Positions 25,258 to 35,900 of a stretch of DNA of 64,000 nt are shown here, piece after piece. The stretch covers positions 133,920,001 through 133,984,000 of the forward strand of contig OZ296650.1 of assembly GCA_965655095.1 (NCBI GenBank), written 5' to 3'. A program made the position numbers and the translations under genes. Source of the stretch: Haplodiscus bocki (taxonomy: Eukaryota). Each line of letters opens with the position of its first letter. The stretch's first letter is position 1. The notes below the pieces were generated by a model. That model did no database searches. It saw nothing but the letters and a program-made list of their open reading frames with translations, and was not told the origin of the DNA.

Positions 25258-26268
25258 ATGACAACTCAAGTCAACACCTCCCAAGTAACAGCTACATTTT
25301 TTTTGCGTCGAAGCGAAAATACGTTCGTCAGAGGTATCGTTCTAGTTATTAAGAAAAATGACAAACCTTTGCAGTTGTTTAGACCGCAGAATATCAAAAA
25401 CAAGAGAGGTGCCCTCGATACCAGCTATGATCGATTAGTCATACTAGGCGAGATCAGTTCGAAAGAATGCTTTGCTGTGATTGCGGAGTCTACACAGAAA
25501 AGCTATTTTTTGTTCGGGGACACTCTGTTAACAGTAGGGTCAATTGTGGACGTCAAAGAACCTGTGTTCTCCAACTCTTTTCGCGGCAATGATCGCAGTA
25601 ATCCCATTTTCCATGTCTTTCTTCCTTCGGAAGTCGTGATTAACAATATTCCATTGTTGTCAATTCCCATAGATCTCCATTCATCAACGACAGCAATGTT
25701 TCACTTTTGCTTGCCAAACAGACCCCTCACCTTCTTACAAGCAAGTGCTGTGGCTCCAACTTGCTCAGGCTTCATGTGTGACAGACGAGAAAATCGAATT
25801 GACTCTGTATGCCCCTGTATACAGAAATCTCCTGTTTCCGCTTGGGTAATGTGCGCCCGAATTATCAGTCGTGACATCGAAAATGAAGACGAAGACTCCC
25901 TCACGGGAGAAATATTACACAGTCTTAACCTGACAAAAATGTTTTGCAGCGAAGCTATTATTAGAACTTCATATGCATCAATCAATTCACAACAACTGCG
26001 GAATGCTGTTAACCAGGTGTCCCAATTTGTAAATGAGAATGGAGGGTGGCAGGTACGTGGATTTTACAAAACTGGATCCACAGACGAAAATCTTGCACAA
26101 AACGTACAACGTGCCCGCATTTGCGAAATTACGCCTGCCGTTGAAGTGCCTTTTAACTTGAAGTACAACATTGTGCCATGCAACGCCAATATTGGCAATG
26201 AACCCTCAGCTTTGCAGCATGCGAATGCTAACGTCGGTGCTCCTAACAATCCGAACGACGTACGATAG
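25258..26268 (+). CDS. Accessory 336 aa protein, putative OB-fold ssDNA-binding protein with Cys4 cluster
   Basis: Intact ATG ORF sharing many blocks with the family B 330 aa protein (YDR, TVGSxVxVxEP, GNDxxNPI, PTCSGxMCDRR..VCxC, VNxNGGW, NLKY). The function is inference. Confidence 0.8.
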   Translation: MTTQVNTSQVTATFFLRRSENTFVRGIVLVIKKNDKPLQLFRPQNIKNKRGALDTSYDRLVILGEISSKECFAVIAESTQKSYFLFGDTLLTVGSIVDVKEPVFSNSFRGNDRSNPIFHVFLPSEVVINNIPLLSIPIDLHSSTTAMFHFCLPNRPLTFLQASAVAPTCSGFMCDRRENRIDSVCPCIQKSPVSAWVMCARIISRDIENEDEDSLTGEILHSLNLTKMFCSEAIIRTSYASINSQQLRNAVNQVSQFVNENGGWQVRGFYKTGSTDENLAQNVQRARICEITPAVEVPFNLKYNIVPCNANIGNEPSALQHANANVGAPNNPNDVR

Positions 26269-27890
26269 GTGATCTAGACCTACTCTTCAGAGGACCGTTC
26301 TTTCTCCACCGCGTGAACTGCTTGCAGGTTTTCAAAACCAACATCTCCTTTCGCAATCGACCGCAAGGTGGTTGCTGAAAAAAACATGCACAAAGTAACA
26401 GGTTTCGGAAAAAAAAATTAATGTTGTCCTCGTTCTTTCATACCAAAGTTTGTTCTCCTGCTTTTTTCAATCTTGAAACCTATGCTTCTATTCTCTTGTT
26501 TATGATAAAGTTTAACTTTCCAGTACTTATCAGTACCTAAAGGTTAATTGTTGGTTTTTGTAGAACTGTGAACACTAATGTCAAATTAGTTGTTGTTGAA
26601 CAATGGAAATTAGTTTGCAACTGCCGACGACTTCTCTCTGTAAACTTATGTCTTTCAGTAGCTTAGAACATTGTGCTAATTCGTGTTGCTTTTGAATGTG
26701 GATTGTTGATTCGTGTAGAAGTTGTGAACTTTTCATTTTATGCAATGAACTTCTTTCTTGTTATGTTAAACATTACTATCCGTTCATCACCGAACGTTTT
26801 GAACTTTGAAACGATGTCTTGCTCTTTTATCGGGCTCAGTGCACTCTCTCAGTTTGTTGCTTGACGTTTGATACAGTGAACGCTTTGTAAAACAGGGAAA
26901 AGGAAAAGAAGCAGAAAGTGTTGTAATTTTCTCCAACAGAAGAATGGGAACAAACTTTTATACGAAATTTTAGAGAAGTTTTATTCTGAAGTCTATACAG
27001 GTTCATTTGCCTCATTTAGGTTGTTTTCACAAAGTAACAGCTGGGAACCTACTGCCTACAAATTGACAACAATGGTGCGAAACTTTTTGAGAAATTTAAA
27101 ACACTTTCGCGGGTGAAATTTTGATTCGTTCGGAAAAAAATTCTGTTTTCCTTCCCAGAAACTCATCAAACTTGAATTTGTTTGTTAAAGGAACAGCTGC
27201 TTTCAAAACATAGCAAGCTAAATTTTCCTGCCGACGTTCGCTATGCGCCTGTTTAAGTGTCATAATCAAATTCTACGGCAAATTTTGATTTTTTGTGATT
27301 TTTATTTTTTTTTCGAAAAATTCGTCATAACCGTCATTTGTTTCGGCACTTTGGCCAAAAATTTTTATCGTCAAAAAATTATCTTTCAAGTTATGGAGTC
27401 AATTTCACAATGGAGCCGCTCCAGAGCGCAAACTATGTACTTCAATGTGGGAGCTATGACGAAATGATCGATTTTCGGCATTTTTTTCCAACTTTGATCC
27501 GTCATACCTCCACACCTATGACGAGTTGGCAGAAAATTTTTCGCATGCGTATAGGTCACAGTTTATGTGCTTCACACAAAAAGTTTCGGCCAAATGCATG
27601 TGGTTACTTGCAAGGCTGTCGATTAAAAACTGCAAAAAAGGGCCAAAAAACAGAATCATCCCGTCATAATTCCTCAACCATTTTTGCTAGAATGATCTAA
27701 CCCGCACCATTGTTCTTAGAATTGTAAAGTATGCCTGCATACAAAGTTTGAACCAAATCGTATGGGTGGGAGCTGAGATCGCTATTTCTACACCCCCGTT
27801 TCCACAGATGTAAAACACTAACTACTAAAACGGCTCGGCAAAGGGGCCCCTCCCCCGCCTCGCAAAGGCCTGATATGGGGCAAAAACCCC

Positions 27891-27908
27891 TGACCACCCA
27901 GTGGAGGC
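27891..27908. other. 18-bp junction core 5 (A2|B1), the family switch point
   Basis: Exact 18-mer with an A-type module on the left and the B-type start AAAGGTACCG on the right. Confidence 0.95.
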
Positions 27909-29054
27909 AAAGGTACCGTTCGCTAGAGAGGCCCAGTGAATGTTGGATAGGTATCTGTGGACACCAACTGAAATGGAGTTTTGTCATAAAAGTAAAAAAA
28001 ATTAACTCTCAATCTCAACAGAACAGAAGCTAAAACCGTTCAAGAAATGAACAACAATAGCCAAAACGGAAAAATAGATCCGACTTTATCAAAGAAAAAC
28101 CCCTGAGTAAAAGAACTTTTTCCAACTCCTATTGAAAAAACCAGGTCCAAAAATAACAATTAAATTTTGAGAAGAAACATAAAACTCAAAACAGCTGTTT
28201 ATGAAAAATTTCAAAGCTCCTACACGTTTTCCCATTTATAAATGTTCCTAAAAGATCGATATGTCTACATAGCAAAACGAGGCTCACACACTGCAAAATT
28301 CGCTCAACCTTCTTTACTGTCTTATTTTAAACGAGAATTTCATCTCCGTTTAATCACTGCGACATTTTGAACAAAGACAACATAGACTTCTGTGAGCGTA
28401 CCACTGACTTGGGACATCGAAATGACTTCACGGCTCATGCAAACTATAAATCGTTGCTATTCACAGTGAATCTCTTTTAGAACTTTGAACACTTTCAAAG
28501 TATTTTCATTTGTTCCTCCAACTTTATGAGTAAACTATTTGAACACGAGGCAAATCGCGAACCAAAAGTTCCTATCTAATTTGAGTACGTTAAATTTATC
28601 AATATCTTGACAAATTGGAGCAAATATATCTTCTAATACTAATGATAGCATCATTATTGAGAGGCCACTGACTTAAGAAAATTACTTCCAAAGTGCTTTA
28701 CTAACATTGAAAAGCGTAGTGAAAATTTCATAAAACCTTCAACGAGGATTATTGAAGTAAATCGAACTACTTTACAGAGAATAATGCAGGGTACTGCCAT
28801 AACGAAACAAGATTTATTTAGGTGAGAGAAAAACAGTTGTTTGTTTCATTGTAAAGTTTGTGGAAAGAAGGTTTAAATGTAAAAGAGACCATGTAAAGTT
28901 GAGTTGCTAAGGCAACTGCGTTGAATTCATCGACGGCACTACAGAATAACAATAGATGTGAAACTTTCAAAAAGGAACATCCTTCTATATGTTCATTCTC
29001 ATTCGACTTCAAAAAGCACATATCCGTAGGGGATTTTGAAAAATCCATAACAAA

Positions 29055-30047
29055 TCAATCGTGCTGAACATTCGGGTTGGCATGCTGTAGTGGAGGTGGC
29101 CGATTGGGCGGTTGCCGAGCATTACCAATAGTGTACTTCAAGTTGTTCGGGATTACCGAAGCTGGCATAAGAGGACAAATTCGCACATGATGAACAGCTT
29201 GAGTAATTGACTCATCACTGACACTGGATTTGCTGTAGCCAGATATTCTCCAACCACCATTATCGTTGACATATGCTGTCACCCTAGTCATTGATTCACG
29301 CAACAGATTCAATTCAACCGAGCTAGCTGGCAATCGAAGAACGTCATTGCTGCAAAAGAACGATGCCAACTGATGACTTTGGGTCATGTCTCCGCTCAGG
29401 GGATCGTCCGCTTCTTCTTCCACGTCCCTAGAAATGATGCGTGCGGCGACAGTCCACGACGAAACTGAATTCTTGTGTAAGCAAGCGCACACCGTTTCAT
29501 TTCTGAGAATACGACGGTCGCACATACTTCCAGAACACGTAGGTGATATAATGTTTCCATGCAAAAACAACAAATTTCTACTGTTGAGAGTGTAATGGAA
29601 CATTGCGGGCGTGCTCGGTAGGGAAATAATTGGAATTGGCGGAAAATCCTCATTGCTTACGTTATTGATAACAACGATCGCCTGATGAGTTTCAATAATC
29701 GGATTATTTTTGTCATTCCCTAAACACGTGTTCGAATATATAGGCTCTGTAACCTCTACAACAGAACCAACAGTCAGATGACGATCCGAAAACAGTTTAG
29801 CAGACTTCTGCGCGGAAACTGAGATGACGACAAAACAATCTTTACTATTCCATTGACCAATAATAGCCATTCTGTCATATGTCCCTTCAGGAAGTGGTCG
29901 TTTCAATTTTGTAGCTTGAGGTCTAAACAACTGAAGTGGCCGATCACTTTTTTTCAGAACCAAAACTATCCCCCTTATTACAGTGTTCTGGCTGTTGCGC
30001 AGGAAACCTTCGCCTGTAACTTCAGCAACAGTTACTTGTCTATTCAT
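29055..30047 (-). CDS. Accessory 330 aa protein, putative OB-fold/Zn ssDNA-binding protein
   Basis: Intact in all three B copies, many B1/B2 differences are synonymous, and it is homologous to the family A 336 aa ORF. Confidence 0.85.
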   Translation of the reverse strand: MNRQVTVAEVTGEGFLRNSQNTVIRGIVLVLKKSDRPLQLFRPQATKLKRPLPEGTYDRMAIIGQWNSKDCFVVISVSAQKSAKLFSDRHLTVGSVVEVTEPIYSNTCLGNDKNNPIIETHQAIVVINNVSNEDFPPIPIISLPSTPAMFHYTLNSRNLLFLHGNIISPTCSGSMCDRRILRNETVCACLHKNSVSSWTVAARIISRDVEEEADDPLSGDMTQSHQLASFFCSNDVLRLPASSVELNLLRESMTRVTAYVNDNGGWRISGYSKSSVSDESITQAVHHVRICPLMPASVIPNNLKYTIGNARQPPNRPPPLQHANPNVQHD

Positions 30048-30643
30048 TTCTTAAAAAATGCAAAAGGATGTGTTTCAAACGAGGAAGTACACGATAAAAA
30101 ACACAAGTCAAGATTTGCAGTCTGATTTCTCTCAAACGGAAAAACGCCCAATGAACAAAGAAAAATTTTTGATGAAAGAAAACTTTAGAAAATCCGTTTT
30201 TTTATTAAAGCCTAGCAACTCTTCAGTCCCGTCTATGGTACACTTTGTCTGGAATCAACTGAATCTGCAGTCATTTATCGGGTGTGTCCTCAAAACAGTT
30301 TTCCACTCCAAGTCAAAAATTGGTCGCATACCGAAAACATATAAATTGAAACACAGATAGTACATTAAACTGAATTTCCTCTGAACTATTTCTATTTCCA
30401 AAAACAAAACAATTTACAACAGATTCCAGTAAAAAAACCTGCATGCCAAAAGGATATAAACAAAATGCCAAAAAAGCGTTCAGCTTCAAATAACATCATC
30501 AAATGTAAAATCATAGTTCAACTAAATGAATGCAATATTGCCAATTCATTTTTTACATTTAAAAACCATATGGCAGCACAAATAGTGCAATTAAACAATA
30601 ACACCAAATCATGACAGAAATGACCGCATTACAAATATTCACG

Positions 30644-30828
30644 CGGTGTTAAAACACCGACGGACTTCCTAATCATCAAGTTATCTTCATGGAGCTCGCG
30701 GTAATTGATGCCTATGCCGATTCGTGAAACTCACATCTGTTTCTTTTGACCTGCAAGAAACAGATAATCTTGAAATAGTTCGCAGAGGACTTGCTTGTTT
30801 TCACGATGAATCGTGAAAACAAGCAAGT
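30644..30828. other. Cluster of three inverted repeats (structured intergenic element)
   Basis: CGGTGTT/AACACCG (30644-30659), ATCTGTTTCTT/AAGAAACAGAT (30735-30765) and the 19-bp ACTTGCTTGTTTTCACGAT/ATCGTGAAAACAAGCAAGT (30789-30828). Retained in B2 and B3. Confidence 0.8.
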
Positions 30829-30990
30829 GCTGTTATTGAAGCATAAAAAACTCTCCAGTTAACTCTTCCAACTCCGGATTTGGTTACCAAAAACTTTAAA
30901 CTATTGACACTGAGTAAAGTGAATATGTTATGCACGAAATTTGTATCTACTCACTTGGTTCGGATGTTAAATGCATCAACCGTGTAATCA

Positions 30991-31644
30991 CTAACGTTCC
31001 GGTTTTCTTTCAAAAATTGTGGCAAAAATATGTTGCTGCTTATCTTCGAAATTGTCAATAAAACAGAAACCAAAAACTAAAACACTAACTTTGTTTCGGA
31101 GATTATTGCTTCTATTGCGGCACCGACGCAAAGTCAAATCCTGCAAACCATTGTTCAACAGTGTTCTGGATAGCATATGATTCTCTAACAAGCTATTCAG
31201 GTGCAGATCGTTACTTTCATCAAGTAAAAGTTTGTACCGTTTTGATAGAATCGATTTCATTTTCAAAAAAATAATTCCTGTTGGACAATTTTCCAAGAGC
31301 TCGTTTAAATTATGCGCTCCTGATCGTGGTAAGTAGGAAAAAGCCACGACATTGAATTTTCTCAAGTACGCCAGTTTACTGAAAAAAGCCTCAGGACTCA
31401 TTGCCGGATTCTTCTTGCTTGACAAAGAGTTATTGACAGCATCATGCCAAATGATAACCTTTCTTCCATTAGTGTTGCAGGAATTCGATTGAAGAAGATA
31501 ACAAATGTTTTTTTCTGGTTGGTAGTTATTTAGCGAAGCACCAGAAATTGCACAAAATTGTGACTTGAAAGGATCAAAGAGGTAAGGTTTCTCCTGAGCT
31601 GCCCAATAAAGGGAAGAGGCCGCCAAAACAAAATATTCAGACAT
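30991..31644 (-). CDS. SGNH/GDSL-hydrolase-like protein (217 aa)
   Basis: Four ordered blocks FVLAASSL, AISGASL, VIIWHDAVNNSL and NDLHLN resemble SGNH blocks I, II, III and V. The ORF is open in all three B copies. Confidence 0.65.
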   Translation of the reverse strand: MSEYFVLAASSLYWAAQEKPYLFDPFKSQFCAISGASLNNYQPEKNICYLLQSNSCNTNGRKVIIWHDAVNNSLSSKKNPAMSPEAFFSKLAYLRKFNVVAFSYLPRSGAHNLNELLENCPTGIIFLKMKSILSKRYKLLLDESNDLHLNSLLENHMLSRTLLNNGLQDLTLRRCRNRSNNLRNKVSVLVFGFCFIDNFEDKQQHIFATIFERKPER

Positions 31645-32985
31645 AACAACCGGAAACCGAAAGACAATGTATTATGAAAACAAACAAACGAACGAAACAT
31701 ACTTTATATTGTTTACTTTGCAATTAGAAAAACCTACTCAAACTCCAGAATCTCCTTTCATTCATGTCATTTGCTTATTAGAACAAAAACGAAGTCAAAC
31801 AAAAATTCACAACGGTCACACAGCTACAGAGTCGTCAAAACGGTCAAAAATCAGAAATGTTCTTTGAGGAAAGGAAATTTTATAAAAAATACAATAGCCA
31901 CATACCCGAAGAATGAAAATCTCACTCAAACAACTCGATATGCACGAAATAAGAGCCCCTCTTTAATCGCTGCAAAGAAGTACATAGTGGTGAAACACTT
32001 CAATTCACAAAAGTAACGATAATAAAAAAGCTTCTCATAAAACAAATGATAGAGCGTTTAATGACTTGAAAGAAAAAGTGTTCACAGCTTCCGTAACAAG
32101 GAATATGGAATGGATTTGAAAGGTGCCGCGCTACAAATGAACTCCGCTGCTATCTCTTTATGTTTCCAGGCCAGTTTGTAGAACATGGGTTGCTGGACAA
32201 CCAACTCATATACGTTCATCTAACAAACAACATTCTAATTGAGAACTTGCGTCGGCGGTTGCTGAGCAACCAGCAAAACAAAACATGAAAGCTAAATTGC
32301 CTCCGTCAGCTATAAAAAAAATAAATCATTATATGAGTCAGAATTAACATCTAAAACAGCTCACAGTCAGTGATACAATCACAAAACATAAACAGCAATG
32401 TCACATTGTAGAAACCCCGTCACATTCTCTTGCAGTTGACAATTTTTTCAATAAATTTCTGCACTGATTACCGAACAAAAAGTTAAACCCCTATAGCGTC
32501 TGAAATATTGGAAACAATCTCCCAAAAACATCAAAACAGCTCCTTCAGTGTAATTACAGACACATGTCAAAACAAATTATGGCGGAAAAGGATTGTATGA
32601 TTCTTTCAATTACCGTGTGATATAATTGTGTACGTTATTCCATAAAGTATCATAGCATAAAAGTTCGATCACGAATCTAAACAAAGTTACTCAGTGAGTC
32701 CAACGAAAAGGTGATAAAAATGAAAACGACATCCCGTTACAAAATTAATCTTCCAACTATTACAACACATCCTCTTTTTCAAAGGTTGGCTCAAAACCAA
32801 CAGCAAACAATGGCAAAGAATCAAATCAATCAACATGATTGGCTACAAAAATTATTTGCTGAAAAGTTGGTTTCGGACAAACCAATGTTCAGGAATACTT
32901 TTGAAATACAATCGGTTTTCTCGATGGCAGTTTTACAAAAGTCTAAATCGTTGTAGACAATTACATATGAACAATCAAATAAACA

Positions 32986-35900
32986 CTAAAAATTCTGCAT
33001 GCAATCACATTCCAGGGCTGTTTCGATACCTGTAACTTTATACAAATCCATAAGAACATGGCATTCTGACAAGTAATCTGCAAGCGTTAGCATCACATTC
33101 GAATATTTGTGATTAACCATTGCTCTTTGCCAATCCTGTTCGAAAGAGTAACGGCTTCGGGAAACAGCGTTGGAAAACCCCGTCACGTAAGCAACTAAAG
33201 CCCAGGGTCTTCTTTCAACAGGCTTTGTAAATGCGCTCCCATTTCCCGAATTATGCTCCTGCAATCGTCGCCGCAACGTCTTACAGCTTCCAATGTAAAA
33301 AAGTTCCCTGCGTTTAACGCTCACCAACAAATAACAGTAACCAATTGCCGAAAGGGGTACATCAAAAACACGTAAAGGAAAGGGATAAAATGTCTGGATC
33401 GCTGAAACACCGGAATTACAACTGCCACGAGACGACAAAAAGTTATCTATCAAAGGTACCAAATGGCTATCTTTGCGGCAAAGAAGATTAATTGCATCAA
33501 GTGTACGCTGCTTGTCACCGACAAACGTTATATGGGAAAGATCAGTGACCCGACTAACAACTACATAAAGCTGCTCTTTCAGCCAGTAGGAAAATTTTTT
33601 ACCACCAACAATCTGTGTTGCCAAGCTTGGAACAGTGTCACCCATTATTTTGTGAACCGTTGACGCCACATACATTTTCAAAGGAAACTGAACACGTCTG
33701 CAAACGGTAGAATTGCTATACTTATGGAGAACGCCAATTCTTTTACGAACAACTACAAGTCTCCAGGAATTAACGTCCGGGTTGTTAGATGACACAGACC
33801 TTACTCCGGCTGGTGCAACTCTCACAACAATATGAGGATCATTTTCATCGAACGATTCAACTAAACACAATTGTCCCTGGAACAGTTTCAGCGATGGCAA
33901 ATTGCAAGTTAAGCGCAATACACACCCAACATGTATAAACAAAGACTCTGGCTCAAGGCAACTTCGGTTGAGGAACTTGCTGACGGGTGCTGTTGCGGTA
34001 ACCCAATTCTGGGTTCCTGTATTTGACATTTCATCCTTGCAATGGAAAGACACACTCTGTATGTTTTGATGTGTTGTCACAAACGATATTCTCTCTTCCA
34101 CGGCCTCTTTTTCCGCAACTCGCGTACTGAACACTCTCAAAATATCCAGAGGGACTTCCGTCCACGTGCTTACAAAAATACAGAACTTGTCAATGATCTC
34201 ACAACACTCCTTAATACATGCTTCTATCACAGGATATTCAGACAGCAAATCCAGAAGTCTCTTTCCTTGCTGGTTCTGCATCCTCACATAGTGCTTCAAA
34301 TACCGAACCTCGAAATTAGCTAACACCGAGTTGCTCAGCAAAAGGAACGTTCCCGTAGGAGGCGGAAGTTGACGAAAATCACCTGTGCAAATAACAATCT
34401 TTCCTCCAAAAGGAAGATTGTTTTCAGACACGGCTTGCAACACATTGTCCATTGCGGACCAAAGTTCAGCTGAAATCATTGAGACTTCCTCGACAAATAA
34501 AACATCCAACCTCTCCAAAAAAGTAAATTTTAGAGGATCTCGGGCAAGAGTGTTCAATGCATGCGAAACTAGATGAGTCACCGTACCATTTTGAACGACA
34601 GGGAAAGGGATTAAAGCGTTTATGTGTCTTCCGCCGAAAAGTGAAGCTCTCTCCGCAGCGACACTAGTTATGACGCATCTCAATCCCCTAGCTAGAGCCG
34701 CGATCACACAATGGATCAACACATGGCTCTTTCCTGTACCTGGTGGACCAACTATGAACTGATGTTTAATAAAGGCAGTCGTACAAGAACAATAATTATC
34801 GTACAAAGAACAAACGTAATCCAAAATATTCTGTTGATCATGCAATGATTCGTCAGTCTGGTTGCGCGCTTTATGTATCTTCTGGCTCCAAGTAAAAGGA
34901 CGTGCTAAGGTGGCGTTCATCAATTCTGCACACGTTGGTAAACCAACATAACCCCCATTGGCAATGGCACACAGAAGACTCTCTTTCTGCGCATTTAATT
35001 CGTGTGAAATATTGCTGTCACTCTGCTGCACAATACTCTGTTCTAAGACGCGCGGTGTTGAGCACGGAAAAACGACCGAATTATTTTGTGCTGCTTGCTG
35101 GATGCACAAATAGGCACTCGTAACAAATCGATCTAGTAAAGTAGATGATCCTGGATAATAGCGTAATTGTTCAAGCACAAAGCGCCGAACAACATCAATA
35201 ACTTCGGAATCTTCGCATCCCAAATGAGACCTCGCTAAAGAAGCCTCAAAGAACGCAGATTTCATATTCGATTGAGAAAAAATGTCAAGTTCGGTTACGT
35301 ATTCTCCAAGAGACAACAGAATGTGGGTCAAAAAATTGGTTGTGTTCCTCGGAACAACGTTCGATAAAACTACTTGAGTTTGACAAACCTTTTTGTCATA
35401 AATGAACTTGTGACTTGAACTGCTCGTTGTACATGCAATGGCTTCATGACATTGCCTGGAGAAACGACGGACCCCACTAGAAAAGTTGCGACAGTAGTTG
35501 AAAAAAGCTTCTTTGTACAAAGCATTAAGGTATATGCAATAGCCGAGGCCATCCACCCAATATGATTTGGTTACATTTCTCTTTAGTAAACTTTCTGGTG
35601 TCAACTTTGAGGGCTTTCGGAAGCGGCAGAACCAAGTAAAATAGTTTTCCACTTTGAGCACAAAAGTTAGTTCAGGGGGTCGTACACCAAAAACTGTTAT
35701 CTTGTCTGGAGAAAGAGAACTTTTTTCTGCATCAATTATCAGCAGCTTCTGATTAACCGTGAAGCAACGGTGAGGAGGAAAGTCCTTGCTGTGTCTAATG
35801 GAACTCTGGCGCCCAAAAAGAGGACCCTGATTGCTACTAGAAAGCCTGCATTTCGGTTCAATGACTATTCCAGCCCGTTTCTCTCGCGGGGCAGTGACAA

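Larger units (their letters stand above)
13174..27908 (+). mobile_element. Helitron-like element, family A copy 2, full length (14735 bp)
   Basis: Bounded by two copies of the 18-mer. Contains a ~3.1-kb upstream region, the polyprotein gene, the accessory gene and the terminal module. Confidence 0.9.

Noticed and set aside
13156-27908. 18-mer as an ordinary target-site duplication or LTR
   Set aside because: The same sequence occurs at all seven junctions, and no integrase, reverse transcriptase or DDE transposase is present.
28818-29048. 76-aa ORF after the 330-aa gene (also 58859-59089)
   Set aside because: Not preserved as an ORF in the diverged B2 copy.
32082-32219. 45-aa minus-strand ORF MNVYELVVQQPMFY... 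present in B1 and B2
   Set aside because: B1/B2 differences are mostly non-synonymous, so there is no coding signal.
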